The notes beneath the pieces were generated by a model. It was not told the DNA's origin. It ran no database searches and saw only the letters and a program-made list of their open reading frames with translations. This document shows positions 18,603-29,008 of a DNA stretch of 64,000 bases, in pieces; positions within the stretch are counted from its first letter, which is position 1; each line of letters starts with the position of its first letter. The translations under genes and the position numbers were made by a program. The stretch comes from Candidatus Latescibacterota bacterium (lineage in GTDB: Bacteria; Latescibacterota; UBA2968; UBA8231): positions 1,056,001 through 1,120,000 of the forward strand of contig CBDCSU010000004.1 of the NCBI GenBank assembly GCA_965221775.1, given 5' to 3'.

Positions 18603-20516
18603 ATGGCCATCGATCTCGACGCCGGACTGCAGCGCTTCGGATTCACCGGCTTCCGGCCCGGCCAGCGGGAGGCCGTGGAGACGCTGCTCGACGTGGGCCG
18701 CGTCCTCCTCGTGGCGCCCACCGGCGGCGGCAAGAGCCTCACCTACCAGTTGCCCGCCTCCCTCCTGCCGGGCACGACCCTGGTCATCTCCCCCCTCATC
18801 GCCCTCATGCACGACCAGGTGGCGGCCCTGGAGGCCCGGGGCGTGCCCGCCACCTACCTGGCCGGCACCCTCGACGGCGGCGAGATCCGCCGGCGCATGG
18901 CAGCCCTGGCCCGGGGCCGCTACAAGCTCGCCTACGTGGCCCCCGAGCGGCTCACCTTCGAGGGGTTCCGCCAACTCGTCGGCGGTCTCGAGTGCCCTCT
19001 CGTAGCCGTCGACGAGGCCCACTGCATCAGCGAGTGGGGCCACGACTTCCGGCCCGAGTACATGCAGATCGGCGAGCTTCTCGCGCTGCTGTCCGGGGCG
19101 CGCGTCCTGGCCTGCACCGCCACGGCCACGCCGGTGGTGCGCGACGAGATCCTCGAGCGCCTCGGGCTGCCCGCCGACACGCCGCAGCACGTGCGCGGCT
19201 TCGCCCGGCCCAATCTCGCCTTCCGCGTGCACCCCACCCGCGGCCAGGGCGAGCGCCAGGCCCGGGTCGACGCCGCCCTGGCCGAGACCCTCACCGCTCC
19301 CGGCTCCGGGCAGGGCACGGCCATCCTCTACGCCGCCACCCGCCGCCAGACGGAGGAAGAGGCCGCCCGGCTCTCCACGGGCGGCTGGAACGCCGCCGCC
19401 TACCACGCCGGCATGGACGGCGACACCCGCGAGTCGGTGCAGCGCGCCTTCATCGGAGGCGCGCAGGAGATCGTCGTCGCCACCAACGCCTTCGGCATGG
19501 GCATCGACCGTCCCGACGTGCGCTGCATCGTCCACCTGGCGCCGCCCGGCTCGGTAGAGGCCTACTACCAGGAGGCCGGGCGGGCCGGACGCGACGGCGC
19601 CCCGGCCCTCTGCCTGCTGCTGGTATCCTCGGGAGACCTGGCCCTGCGCCGGAGGCTGATCGAGAGCGACGTGGAGGGCCGCACCCCCGATCCGGAGACG
19701 GTCGCCCACCGCTGGAACCTGTTCCTCGAGCTGATGCGCTGGTCCGAGGGCGGCGCCTGCCGCCACGACGCCATCCTGCGCTACTTCGGCGACGAGGAGG
19801 AGACCCTGGCCGGCTGCGGCCGCTGCGATGTCTGCCTGGAACTGGATGACGGCGGCGGCCCGGACGCGGCCGAGGTGAGCACCATCGTGCGCCAGGCCCT
19901 GTGCGGCGTGGCCCGCGTCCACGGCCGCTTCGGCATCGGCGCCGCCGCCCGCCTGCTGCGCGGCGCCGACGATCTCCGGCTGCAGCGGGCCGGCCTGCAC
20001 GAGACCTCCACTTTCGGGCTGCTCTCGGAGCGCGCCGAGGAGTGGATCCTGACCTTGCTGCGACGCTGCGTGACCGCCGGCTGGGTCGACTTCCAGGGCG
20101 GCGACCGCCCCGTGGTGGTGGTCACCGACGAGGGCTACGACGTGATCCACGAGCGCCGGCCGGCGCGGCTGCTGCTGCCCCCGGCGGCGGCGGAGCGAGG
20201 ACCCCGCGCCGCCCCGCGCTCCGGCGCCCGGCGCCCGGCGCCCCCTCCCGAGCTGGAGGAGGGCGCGCGGGACCTCTTCGAGGCCCTGCGGGCCTGGCGC
20301 CTGGAGACGGCCCGGGAGGCCGGCGTGCCCCCCTACGTGGTGGCCAGCGACCGCTCCCTGCGCGACATCGCCGCCCTGAGGCCGGCCGGCCTCGAGGCCC
20401 TGCGGACGGCCCACGGCATCGGCCCGGCCAAGGCCGAGAAGTACGGCACCGAGATCCTGACCATCGTCCGCGAGGCCGGGACCTCCGCCGCCCCGGCGCC
20501 GGAACCTGGCGCCTAG
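18603..20516 (+). CDS. recQ: ATP-dependent DNA helicase RecQ
   Basis: FRPGQ, APTGGGKS, VDEAHCISEWGHDFRPEY, TATA, YYQEAGRAGRDG, Zn-binding CRH...CGRCDVC, C-terminal HRDC; start taken at MAIDL. Confidence 0.93.
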   Translation: MAIDLDAGLQRFGFTGFRPGQREAVETLLDVGRVLLVAPTGGGKSLTYQLPASLLPGTTLVISPLIALMHDQVAALEARGVPATYLAGTLDGGEIRRRMAALARGRYKLAYVAPERLTFEGFRQLVGGLECPLVAVDEAHCISEWGHDFRPEYMQIGELLALLSGARVLACTATATPVVRDEILERLGLPADTPQHVRGFARPNLAFRVHPTRGQGERQARVDAALAETLTAPGSGQGTAILYAATRRQTEEEAARLSTGGWNAAAYHAGMDGDTRESVQRAFIGGAQEIVVATNAFGMGIDRPDVRCIVHLAPPGSVEAYYQEAGRAGRDGAPALCLLLVSSGDLALRRRLIESDVEGRTPDPETVAHRWNLFLELMRWSEGGACRHDAILRYFGDEEETLAGCGRCDVCLELDDGGGPDAAEVSTIVRQALCGVARVHGRFGIGAAARLLRGADDLRLQRAGLHETSTFGLLSERAEEWILTLLRRCVTAGWVDFQGGDRPVVVVTDEGYDVIHERRPARLLLPPAAAERGPRAAPRSGARRPAPPPELEEGARDLFEALRAWRLETAREAGVPPYVVASDRSLRDIAALRPAGLEALRTAHGIGPAKAEKYGTEILTIVREAGTSAAPAPEPGA

Positions 20517-21589
20517 CCCCGGGGGGGCTGGTCCGGGAAGGGTGCGCGCAGGTCGTAGCGGCCCTCCACGAGCACCGGCAGGGTGCCGTCGTCGATCATC
20601 AGGTCCAGCGGGCACTCGCGGGTGGTCATGGGCAGCTCCACCACCCCCTTGACCCGCAGGGACTCGTAGATCGCCATCATGATCTCGAGGGTGTAGCGGG
20701 CCTGCACGCCGCTGCTGCGGTGCTCGTCGATCTCGCCGTCGAGCCAGGCGACGAACTCGTCGTACTGGGTCACCGTCACCGCCGGCGGCTCGATCCGCTG
20801 CCAGCCCGCCCGGTCCCCGTTCTGCAGCAAGAGCCCGCCGCCGGGCCTCACGCCGCCCTGCTCCGAGCGGATCTGCCCCTCCGTGCCGTACACGGTGGCC
20901 ATGTCGACAGCAGGCTCGGGCAGGTCGCCCTCGTAGACGCCGCGCACCCCGCCCTCGAAGCAGACCAGCCCCATGCACAGGTCCTCGCAGGGGCTGCGGC
21001 GCTCCCAGCGGTCGGTGATCCGCGAGGTGTTGCCGATCACCCACAGGGGCTTCGGGTCGGAGAGCATGTAGCGCCAGCCGTCGATGGCGTGGGTGCCGGT
21101 GTTCAGCAGGCCGGCGTTCGCCTTGGCGCGGTGGTGGACCATGGTGGGCTCGCCGATCGCCCCGGCGGCCACCAGGCGCCGCACCTCGTTCGGCGCCGGG
21201 GCGAAGCGTCCCTGGTGGCCGATGGCCAGCTTCGTCCCGGCGCGCTCGCAGGCGGCGATCATGTCCTCCGCCTCGCCCACGGCGGCGGCGATCGGCTTCT
21301 CGCCCAGGACCCCCTTCACGCCGGCCTCGGCGGCGGCGATCGTCACCTCGGCGCGGACCCCCTGCCAGGTGGGCACGCTGAGGATGTCGATCTGCTCGTT
21401 GGCGAGCAATTCGCCGTGGTCGCTGAAAACGGCGCCCACGCCGTGCTCCGCGGCCAGGGCCCGCGCCCTCTCGAGGTCGACGTCGGCCAGGGCCACCACC
21501 TCGGCCCGGGGGTGCTCGCTCCAGGCGCGGGTGTGCGAGCGGCCCATGCCCCCGCATCCGACCACGCCGACTCGATAGATCTCCGCCAT
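20513..21589 (-). CDS. Gfo/Idh/MocA family oxidoreductase
   Basis: MAEIYRVGVVGCGGMG, GEKPIA, GHQGRF, GTHAID. Confidence 0.88.
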   Translation of the reverse strand: MAEIYRVGVVGCGGMGRSHTRAWSEHPRAEVVALADVDLERARALAAEHGVGAVFSDHGELLANEQIDILSVPTWQGVRAEVTIAAAEAGVKGVLGEKPIAAAVGEAEDMIAACERAGTKLAIGHQGRFAPAPNEVRRLVAAGAIGEPTMVHHRAKANAGLLNTGTHAIDGWRYMLSDPKPLWVIGNTSRITDRWERRSPCEDLCMGLVCFEGGVRGVYEGDLPEPAVDMATVYGTEGQIRSEQGGVRPGGGLLLQNGDRAGWQRIEPPAVTVTQYDEFVAWLDGEIDEHRSSGVQARYTLEIMMAIYESLRVKGVVELPMTTRECPLDLMIDDGTLPVLVEGRYDLRAPFPDQPPRG

Positions 21590-21606
21590 TTCGTCTTCTC
21601 CCTCCG

Positions 21607-22413
21607 TCAGGGTTGGTGATCGAGCCGCACCGTGGGCTCGTCGTTGTCCAGGAAGCGCTCCATGGTGTTGTTCGTCGCCGGGCTCGTGCGGAAGTCGGCG
21701 ATCCAGGGCTCGCGGAAATACGCCTGCTTCTCCCGCGGCAGGGAGGCCATCACCTCCGCGGGGATCTTCAGGCGGTGCCAGTGAGTGGCCAGGTGGGAGT
21801 AGGCGTTGAGGACCGCCACCCTCGGCGTCTCCCGTTTCCACTCCGGCCCCGCGTGGCACAGGTTCTCGGTGAAGAACACGGCGCTGCCCGCCGGGCAGTC
21901 GTAGCTGATCAGGAACTCGCTGCGCCTCCCCTCCTCCAGCGACAGGTGATCGGGATGCATGGGGAAGTTCGACTTGTGGCTGCCGGCGATGAAGTGGGTG
22001 CCCCCGTCCTCCCGGCTCACCTCGGTCAACTCGAAGACGACGCGCACCATGCCGGCGTGGATGCGGCCGTTGGCGCAGCGGTAGCCGAAGATCGGATCGA
22101 TCTGGCTGGGGCCGCCGCCGTGCAGCTCCCCGTGGCGCTCCCCCTTCTTCCGCCAGACGCAGTAGGTCCCCTCCACGCGGATCTCGGGACCGATGATCTC
22201 GTGGAGCACCTCGATCACCCGGGGGTGATCGATGAGCAGGCTGGACGCCCCTCCGGGCACGTCCCGCGCCTCGGGCGGCAGCGACTCGGGATCGTGGTGG
22301 ATGCGGTCGATCTGGTCGACGATCGCCTCGATCTCCGGCGGCTCCAGGATGGCGGGCCTCACCAGGAAGCCGGTCAGATCGAAACGGAACTTCTCCTCGT
22401 CGGTCATGCCCAT
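21607..22413 (-). CDS. PhyH-family Fe(II)/2OG enzyme, HxG variant
   Basis: AAGGAG SD; EEKFRFDLTGFLV, LHGGG, GGTHFIAGSHKSNF, LCHAG, R in PRVAVL. Confidence 0.85.
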   Translation of the reverse strand: MGMTDEEKFRFDLTGFLVRPAILEPPEIEAIVDQIDRIHHDPESLPPEARDVPGGASSLLIDHPRVIEVLHEIIGPEIRVEGTYCVWRKKGERHGELHGGGPSQIDPIFGYRCANGRIHAGMVRVVFELTEVSREDGGTHFIAGSHKSNFPMHPDHLSLEEGRRSEFLISYDCPAGSAVFFTENLCHAGPEWKRETPRVAVLNAYSHLATHWHRLKIPAEVMASLPREKQAYFREPWIADFRTSPATNNTMERFLDNDEPTVRLDHQP

Positions 22414-22568
22414 GGCATGCTCCTTCGGTTGAGGGCGGCGGCCACAAGATAGCGGGGCCCGCCGGGCCGCCGCCACGGGGAAGGGGCCTTTGTCCGCCCC
22501 GGGCCCCGGCCGTTGAGCCTCCGCCCCGGTGGTCGTAGTCTACGGGCTCACACGGAAAGGAGCAGGTC

Positions 22569-22964
22569 ATGTCACCGGCGAACCCGGCGATCGACCCGGA
22601 ACGGGTGCAGCAGTTCGTGAACGACGCCCACGGCGACCTCGACAGCGTCACCAGAATGCTGGACGAGGAGCCGGGCCTCCTCAACGCCTGCTGGGACTGG
22701 GGCGGCGGGGACTGGGAGACCGGCCTTGGCGCGGCGGCGCACATGGGCCGCCGGGACATCGCCGAGCTCCTCCTCGGCCGGGGCGCCCGCATCGACCTCT
22801 TCGCCGCGGCCATGCTGGGAAAGCTCGATATCGTGAGGGCGGTGGTCGAGGACGACCCGGCGGTGATCGACCGCAAAGGGCCTCACGGGATCTCCCTGAT
22901 GAGCCACGCGAGGAAGGGGGGCAAGGGGGCGGCGGAAGTCGTGAAGTACCTGAAGAGCCGGTAG
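22569..22964 (+). CDS. Ankyrin-repeat protein
   Basis: AAAGGAG SD; DAHGDLDSV, WETGLGAAAHMGRRDIAELLL, LFAAAMLG. Confidence 0.8.
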   Translation: MSPANPAIDPERVQQFVNDAHGDLDSVTRMLDEEPGLLNACWDWGGGDWETGLGAAAHMGRRDIAELLLGRGARIDLFAAAMLGKLDIVRAVVEDDPAVIDRKGPHGISLMSHARKGGKGAAEVVKYLKSR

Positions 22965-22994
22965 GGGCCACACTCACCAGACGAAAGGCAAGCC

Positions 22995-23912
22995 ATGGCC
23001 AAGGCGAAGAGCAGGAAGAAGAAGGCGAAGCAGAAGGCGGAGCCTCCCGTCCTGCGCCACATGTGCTCCGTGGGCACGCTGCTCGGCTACGGGGACAAGC
23101 GCGGGGAGTGGACGATCCCCCAGAAGCTGCGGCGGATCCGCAACGCCGGCTTCGACGGCTTCCTCGGGCGGGTCACCATGTTCGGGCCCGAGGTGGTGGA
23201 GGAGTCGGGCCTGATCTTCGCCTGCACCACCGACATGGGCGGACCCGGGGAGGTGGAGCGCAAGCTCAAGCGCATCCGCAAGTACAACGCCCGGGTGGTG
23301 AACGTGCAGATGCTCGACCACGACACCGGCACCGAGGAGGCGGTGACCTGCGCCCGCGAGGTCATGCGCGTCGCCGGCGAGCTGGAGATGGACGTCTCCA
23401 TCGAGGTCCATCGCGACACCTGCACCGAGACCCCGGAGAAGGCGTATGCCCTGGCCGAGGGCTTCGAGAAGGCCGAGGGGCGGCCCCTGAAGATGACCTG
23501 GGACTTCTCCCACCCGGCGGTGGTCAAGCACCTGTCGCCGCCCTACTTCAAGCGCCTCGTGGAGCGCCCCGACCTGGTGCAGCTGGCCAACCAGATCCAC
23601 TTCCGCCCCTTCAACGGCCATCACGCCATGGTCCCGGCCCTCGGGCGGGGCGGCAAGCTGACGCCGGAGTTCGAGGACTGCATGGAGTTCGGCGACCAGC
23701 TGCTGGCCCTGTGGCTGAAGACGGCGCCCCCGGGGCGTGAGCTCTTCGTCTGCCCGGAGCAGATCGCCGGCGGCTACCACCTCTCGGTCTTCGGCGACCG
23801 CTTCAAGGACGTGAAGGCGATCAAGGCGGAGCTGCAGAAGAGCTGGAGGCGCAACCTGCGCAAGTGGAAGCCGCCGCGGAAGAAGCGGGCGAAGAAGGCG
23901 AGCCGGCGGTAG
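22995..23912 (+). CDS. Sugar-phosphate isomerase/epimerase-like TIM-barrel protein
   Basis: SIEVHRDTCTETP, WDFSHP, HFRPFNG metal-binding pattern; Lys-rich termini. Confidence 0.7.
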   Translation: MAKAKSRKKKAKQKAEPPVLRHMCSVGTLLGYGDKRGEWTIPQKLRRIRNAGFDGFLGRVTMFGPEVVEESGLIFACTTDMGGPGEVERKLKRIRKYNARVVNVQMLDHDTGTEEAVTCAREVMRVAGELEMDVSIEVHRDTCTETPEKAYALAEGFEKAEGRPLKMTWDFSHPAVVKHLSPPYFKRLVERPDLVQLANQIHFRPFNGHHAMVPALGRGGKLTPEFEDCMEFGDQLLALWLKTAPPGRELFVCPEQIAGGYHLSVFGDRFKDVKAIKAELQKSWRRNLRKWKPPRKKRAKKASRR

Positions 23913-24040
23913 CTCGCGCCCAAGCCCTCGCCGGGCGGCAGGGCAGGCCGTCCAAGTGGCCGGCGCAAGGGAGTGGGTGAGCCCGGGCCGGTACGCACCC
24001 GGGTCGCGGGAGGACGGCTCCGGCACCCCGAGGGAGCCGC

Positions 24041-24706
24041 TCAGAACAGCCGCTCGGCGCCCTCCAACTGCATCAGGCTCCAGATCTCCCCGGAAGCCAG
24101 GGGCCGCGTCTGGAGGACGGCGCTGCCCCCGGTGCGCAGGGGAAAGCGGTCGTGCTCCCACGGCACGGCGTCCAGCCCGAGGAGGTGGGAGACCACCACA
24201 CCGGTGGTGCCGCCGTGGCAGACCAGCAGCAGCGAGATCTCCGCGTCGGGTGTCCGCCACAGGCGGTAGCCGTCGGCCTCGAAGGGGCCGGCGCCGAGTT
24301 CCGAGAGCAGTTCCTCGAGGCCCGCGATCACGCGTTCGCGGAACCCCCGGAAGGACTCGCCCCCCGGCATCCCGTCCCACCACTCGGCGGGGGGCCGGCG
24401 GCGAACCTTCTCAAAGGCCGCCTCCACCTCGGCGCCGGGGCGGCCCTCGAAGACGGGAGGGGCCTGCTCGGCCAGCCAGGGGCGGACCTGGGCCTCCAGG
24501 CCGAGGCGGCGTGACAGAGGACCGGCGGTCTGCAGGGCCCGGCGCAGGGGGCTGACCAAGAGGGCGTCGAAGCGCTCGCCGGCCAGCTCCTCGCACAGGG
24601 CCGCCACCTCCTCCTCGCCCCGGGCGGTCAGGTCGGGATCGTCGACGGCGCGGCCGTCCACGATCCACCCCGGCTCCCCGTGGCGCACCAGGCGCAGGCG
24701 GATCAC
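24041..24706 (-). CDS. Histidine phosphatase (phosphoglycerate mutase-like) family protein
   Basis: LVRHGE, SPLRRALQTA, GGES, VCHGG. Confidence 0.9.
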   Translation of the reverse strand: MIRLRLVRHGEPGWIVDGRAVDDPDLTARGEEEVAALCEELAGERFDALLVSPLRRALQTAGPLSRRLGLEAQVRPWLAEQAPPVFEGRPGAEVEAAFEKVRRRPPAEWWDGMPGGESFRGFRERVIAGLEELLSELGAGPFEADGYRLWRTPDAEISLLLVCHGGTTGVVVSHLLGLDAVPWEHDRFPLRTGGSAVLQTRPLASGEIWSLMQLEGAERLF

Positions 24707-24740
24707 GCGGGCCTGCCGGCGCCCGGCCGCGAGTCGGGGC

Positions 24741-26375
24741 TCACAGGTACCTGGCCACCCTCTCCTCGGCCTTTGTCATCACCTCGACGACGGCGGGCCG
24801 GCCCTCGCGGTTCGCGGCCACGGCGCGCCCGATGGCGGCGCGGACCTCGCCGGGCTGGTCCACCCGCTCGGCGTGGGCCCCCAGCTCCCGCGCCACCCCG
24901 GAGTAGCAGCCGCCGAGGCGATCGACCCCGTGCACGCGGCTGGCCTCGGGCAGGTTCTTGTCGTAGTGGGTCATGACGCCGTTGTTGAGGACCACCGTCA
25001 GGATGGGGATCTCGGCGCGCACCGCCGTCTCCACGTCCATGCCGGCCATGCCGAAGGCGGCGTCGCCCATGACGTTGATCACCGTCTTCTCCGGCGCTGC
25101 CAGCTTGGCGCCCAGGGCCAGCCCGAGACCGTATCCGAGCTGCGTCGACTTGCCCCAGCCGAGGTAACCCCTCGGGGTCATCGTCCGCCACATGGGCAGC
25201 AGCTGGTCGCGCGGATACCCGGAGTCGTGGGTGACGATCGCATCCGCCGGCGGCACGGCCGCGGCCATTTCGGTGAACACGCGGTAGGGGTTGATGGGGA
25301 CCTCGTCGGAGAGCAGCAGCGGCCGCCACTGGTCCTCGAACTCCCTGCGGACCTCGGCCACGGCGGCAGCCACCGGCCGGCGGTCCCGGCCCTCCTCCCC
25401 GGCCTGGCGGCGGACCTCCTCCGTCATCTGACCGAGGACGAGACGGGCGTCGCCGAGGGCGCCGTGGTCGACGGCGTGGTCCCGGTCGAGGTCTGCCGGA
25501 TCGTTGGTGACCTGGGCGATGACCGCCTGCTCGGACAGGGGATAGGCGAAGGTCGACTTCGTCAGGCTCGAGCCGATGGCGAGGACGAAGTCCGCCCTCT
25601 CCAGGAAGCGCGCCGCCATGAGCGTCCCCGAGTGCCCTCCCGTGCCCAGGGCCAGCTCATGGTCCTCCGGGAAGACGCCCTTGGCGGCCATGGTCGTCAT
25701 CACCGGCACCGCCGCCAGCTCGGCGAAGGCGGCCAGCTCGTCCCAGGCCCGGGCCCACAGGGTCCCGTGGCCGGCGAGGATCACCGGGCGCTCGGCCCGC
25801 AGCAGGGCGGCCACGAGATCGCGCACGTCGTCCTCGTCCCCCTTCGACCGGCGCTCCCGCGGCGGCTCGTACTCGAAGTCCGGGGCCTCCTCGCCGCCCA
25901 GGTCGGCGGGGATCTCCACCAGCACCGGGCCCGGCCGGCCGTGGCGCATCTGCGAGAAGGCGACGCGCATCAGCTCCGGGACGCGCCCCGGCAGGTTGAT
26001 GTTGGCCGCCCACTTGGTGACCCGCCGGTAGCCGAGAGCGGCCTCGAAGTTCGGGTGGGCCTGGGTGCGGTCCACCGGCGGCCCCCCGGGCAGCAGCAGC
26101 AGCGGGATCGAGTCGGCGAAGGCCTGGGCCGACCCCGGGTAGGCGTTCTCCGCCCCCGGCCCCTGCTGCATGGTGAAGACGCCGAAGGCCTCGCGGTTGC
26201 GCACCCGGCTGAAGCCGTCGGCCATGTTGACGCCGGTGCGCTCGGTGCGGGTGATGATGGGACGGATCCCGGCGACGGTGACCGCGTCGATCAGGGTCTG
26301 CTGGGGGAAGGCGGCGACCCACTCCACCCCCTCGGCCTTCAGGATCCGCGCGATGCTGTCGTTGACTGTCGCCAT
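24741..26375 (-). CDS. Thiamine-pyrophosphate-requiring enzyme (ALS-like family)
   Basis: MATVNDSIARILKAEGV, ERTGVNMADG, GPGAEN, GDAAFGM...NNG TPP motif. Confidence 0.88.
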   Translation of the reverse strand: MATVNDSIARILKAEGVEWVAAFPQQTLIDAVTVAGIRPIITRTERTGVNMADGFSRVRNREAFGVFTMQQGPGAENAYPGSAQAFADSIPLLLLPGGPPVDRTQAHPNFEAALGYRRVTKWAANINLPGRVPELMRVAFSQMRHGRPGPVLVEIPADLGGEEAPDFEYEPPRERRSKGDEDDVRDLVAALLRAERPVILAGHGTLWARAWDELAAFAELAAVPVMTTMAAKGVFPEDHELALGTGGHSGTLMAARFLERADFVLAIGSSLTKSTFAYPLSEQAVIAQVTNDPADLDRDHAVDHGALGDARLVLGQMTEEVRRQAGEEGRDRRPVAAAVAEVRREFEDQWRPLLLSDEVPINPYRVFTEMAAAVPPADAIVTHDSGYPRDQLLPMWRTMTPRGYLGWGKSTQLGYGLGLALGAKLAAPEKTVINVMGDAAFGMAGMDVETAVRAEIPILTVVLNNGVMTHYDKNLPEASRVHGVDRLGGCYSGVARELGAHAERVDQPGEVRAAIGRAVAANREGRPAVVEVMTKAEERVARYL

Positions 26376-26444
26376 GCGAGGGACTCCTATCGCTTCGTTT
26401 TCGTATGATAGCCGGCCCCTCAACCAATCACCTTTGACGAAGGG

Positions 26445-27464
26445 ATGCCAGCCTTGAAGGCCATTCTCTGCGGACTCGGCGGACGCGGGCGCCATTGGCT
26501 CGAGGCCTGCCGCGAGTACGACGGCGTCGACCTGGCCGCCGTGGTCGAGCCCGCCCCGGCCAACCGGGAACGGGCCCTCACCGAGCTCGACGTGGCCGAG
26601 GACCTCCTCTTCGACGACCTGACCGCCGCCGCCGATGCCGTGGAAGCCGACTTCGTCCTCGACGTGACCCCGCCCGCCGTGCACGAGCGCATCGCCCTCG
26701 CCGCCTTCGAGGCCGGCCTCCACCTGCTCGGAGAGAAGCCGCTGAGCGACGACTTCGCCGCCGCCCGGCGCATCGTCGAGGCCGGCCGCCGCTCCGGCCG
26801 GCGCCACATGATCACCCAGAACTACCGCTTCAACCCCCAGCCGCGGACGACGCGCCGGCTCCTCGACGAGGGCCTCATCGGCGACTGCGCCCAGCTCGAC
26901 GTCTCCCTCTACGTGAGCTGGGCCGACAACCCCGGCAGCCACTACGTCACCGAGCCCTACATGTTCCTCACCGACATGGGCATCCACCACTTCGACATGA
27001 TGCGCTACACCCTCGGCCGCGAGCCGCTGAGCGTGCGCGCCGTCACCTGGAACCTGCCCTGGGGATGGCACCGGGGCGACGCCTGCCAGCTGATCCTGTT
27101 CCGCTTCGAGGACGGCGTCGTGGCCACCCACCGCGGCATCGGCTGCACCGTGGGCCACGCCCCCGGCGGCCACAACGGCGAGTGGCGCTTCGAAGGTCCG
27201 GCGGGGACCCTGACCTGGGAGGGCTCCCGGCTCTTCCACACCCACGCCCACAGGGCCGACCCGCGGGTTCGGGAGCAGTTGAGCCTCGACCGCGCAGGCC
27301 CGGAGAAGCGCCATCCCGTGCTCCACGAGTTCGTCAGCGCCCTGAGGGAGGACCGCGAGCCCGAGTGCAGCGCCGGGGACAACCTCAAGTCGATGGCCAT
27401 GGTCTTCGGCGCCGTGACCAGCGCCCGGCAGGACGGCGCCGAGATCGACCTGGAGGAGCTATGA
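26445..27464 (+). CDS. Gfo/Idh/MocA family oxidoreductase
   Basis: GLGGRG, GEKPLS, TQNYRF, DMGIHHFD. Confidence 0.88.
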   Translation: MPALKAILCGLGGRGRHWLEACREYDGVDLAAVVEPAPANRERALTELDVAEDLLFDDLTAAADAVEADFVLDVTPPAVHERIALAAFEAGLHLLGEKPLSDDFAAARRIVEAGRRSGRRHMITQNYRFNPQPRTTRRLLDEGLIGDCAQLDVSLYVSWADNPGSHYVTEPYMFLTDMGIHHFDMMRYTLGREPLSVRAVTWNLPWGWHRGDACQLILFRFEDGVVATHRGIGCTVGHAPGGHNGEWRFEGPAGTLTWEGSRLFHTHAHRADPRVREQLSLDRAGPEKRHPVLHEFVSALREDREPECSAGDNLKSMAMVFGAVTSARQDGAEIDLEEL

Positions 27465-28264
27465 GAGAGCTGGAAGGCAAGACCGCCGTGGTCACGGGCG
27501 CCGCCCAGGGCCTCGGCCTGGCCACCGCCGGGGAGCTGGCCCGCCGGGGCGCCCGCGTGGTCCTCGCCGACCTGCAGGCCGACGCCGCGGCAGAGCACGC
27601 GAAGCGCCTGGCCGCCGATGGCCTGGCGGCCGAGGCCCGCGCCCTCGACGTGACCGACAGCGCCGCCGTGGGTGACGCCCTGGGTTCCCTGGAGCGCCTC
27701 GACATCCTGGTCAACTCCGCCGGCGTGGGCCAGCGGGTCCTGCCGGTATCGGAACTGCCCGACGATGAATGGGACCGGGTCCTGGCCGTGACCCTCACCG
27801 GCACCTTCTACTGCTGCCGGGCGGGGGCAGCGGTCATGGAGCGCCAGGAATCGGGCGCCATCGTCAACTTCGCCTCCATCAACGGCCAGAACCCCGCCGC
27901 CCTCGTAGCCGCCTACAACGTCGCCAAAGCCGGGGTCATCTCCCTGACCCGCACCATGGCGCAGGAGCTGGCCGCCTACGGCGTGCGCGTCAACGCCGTG
28001 GCCCCGGGTCCGGTCTACACGGAGTTCAACCAGAGCAACATGGCGCAGCGGTCGGCCTCCCTCGGGATCACCGAGGAGGAGATGATCGAGCGCGTGCGCA
28101 AGGCGATCCCCCTCGGCCGCTGGGGGGAGCCGGAGGATATCGCCCGGACGGTGGCCTTCCTGTGCGGCCCGGAGAGCGCCTGGATGACGGGGGAGGTGGT
28201 GCGCGTCAGCGGCGGGATGGAGGGGGTGTCGGCGGCGCCGCCGAAGCGGCCCTCGGCCCGCTAG
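27461..28264 (+). CDS. SDR family NAD(P)-dependent oxidoreductase
   Basis: TGAAQGLG, VNSAG, YNVAK, VNAVAPG, GRWGEPEDIA. Confidence 0.92.
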   Translation: MRELEGKTAVVTGAAQGLGLATAGELARRGARVVLADLQADAAAEHAKRLAADGLAAEARALDVTDSAAVGDALGSLERLDILVNSAGVGQRVLPVSELPDDEWDRVLAVTLTGTFYCCRAGAAVMERQESGAIVNFASINGQNPAALVAAYNVAKAGVISLTRTMAQELAAYGVRVNAVAPGPVYTEFNQSNMAQRSASLGITEEEMIERVRKAIPLGRWGEPEDIARTVAFLCGPESAWMTGEVVRVSGGMEGVSAAPPKRPSAR

Positions 28265-28504
28265 CAGATCCGTCGGTCGGAGGCGGGCGATGGCTCCACG
28301 GAGGCCCCAGTACTACCCTGGCGGCCCCAGGTTCACTTTCTCTATCGCAAGAGCACGGCCTTTCCGAACAAAGAGTTGGTATGACCCAGATGCCCGAGAC
28401 ATCCTGGCCGAGCTTGCACAGGTGGCGCCGCGATTCAGCCCCTTGCAGGAGGCCTGCAAGACTGCGTGAAGGAAGTGAGCTCATCGTGAAGAGCACATCC
28501 CCAC

Positions 28505-29008
28505 ATGAACGCTGACGTCATCAGTCTGGTGATGCGCCTCCGGGTAGCTGTAGGCTACCTCGGAGAAAAGGACCAGAAGGGCTGGTGGACGAGTTCCTTC
28601 CTGAGCCCAACAAGCAAGCCCTTCCTGTCGCCCGTATTCCCACGCACCTTCGCGCTGGCGCAGCTCCATGGCGTTACCGCAGCGGCGGCGGCCGTACACG
28701 ACGATCGGATCGGCGTAGGAGACGTGTTTCATCTGTTTCGCCTGCCTGAGGGCATGGAGGAGAGCCTCCATCGGCTTGGGAATGAGCCTATTTCAGCGGC
28801 GATAGCAGAGATCACAGCAGACCAGAACGCCGCCTCGCTGCTTGAGGAGGTGGCGTGCGAGGCCAGGAGTTCGTCAGCCGGGCCGGTGCGGATAGGCACT
28901 GTGGGTACCCTCCGGCGCAAGGCGGTCTGGGGAAATGTGGCCAGCAACTACCTTGAAGGGTTCCATGGGGACAAGGGGACCTTCCCTTACTTCACGGGGA
29001 AGAAGTGA
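28505..29008 (+). CDS. brxE: BrxE family protein
   Basis: LRVAVGYLGEK...WW.SSF...FPRT...HDDRIG...FHLFRLP; first gene of the BREX operon. Confidence 0.75.
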   Translation: MNADVISLVMRLRVAVGYLGEKDQKGWWTSSFLSPTSKPFLSPVFPRTFALAQLHGVTAAAAAVHDDRIGVGDVFHLFRLPEGMEESLHRLGNEPISAAIAEITADQNAASLLEEVACEARSSSAGPVRIGTVGTLRRKAVWGNVASNYLEGFHGDKGTFPYFTGKK

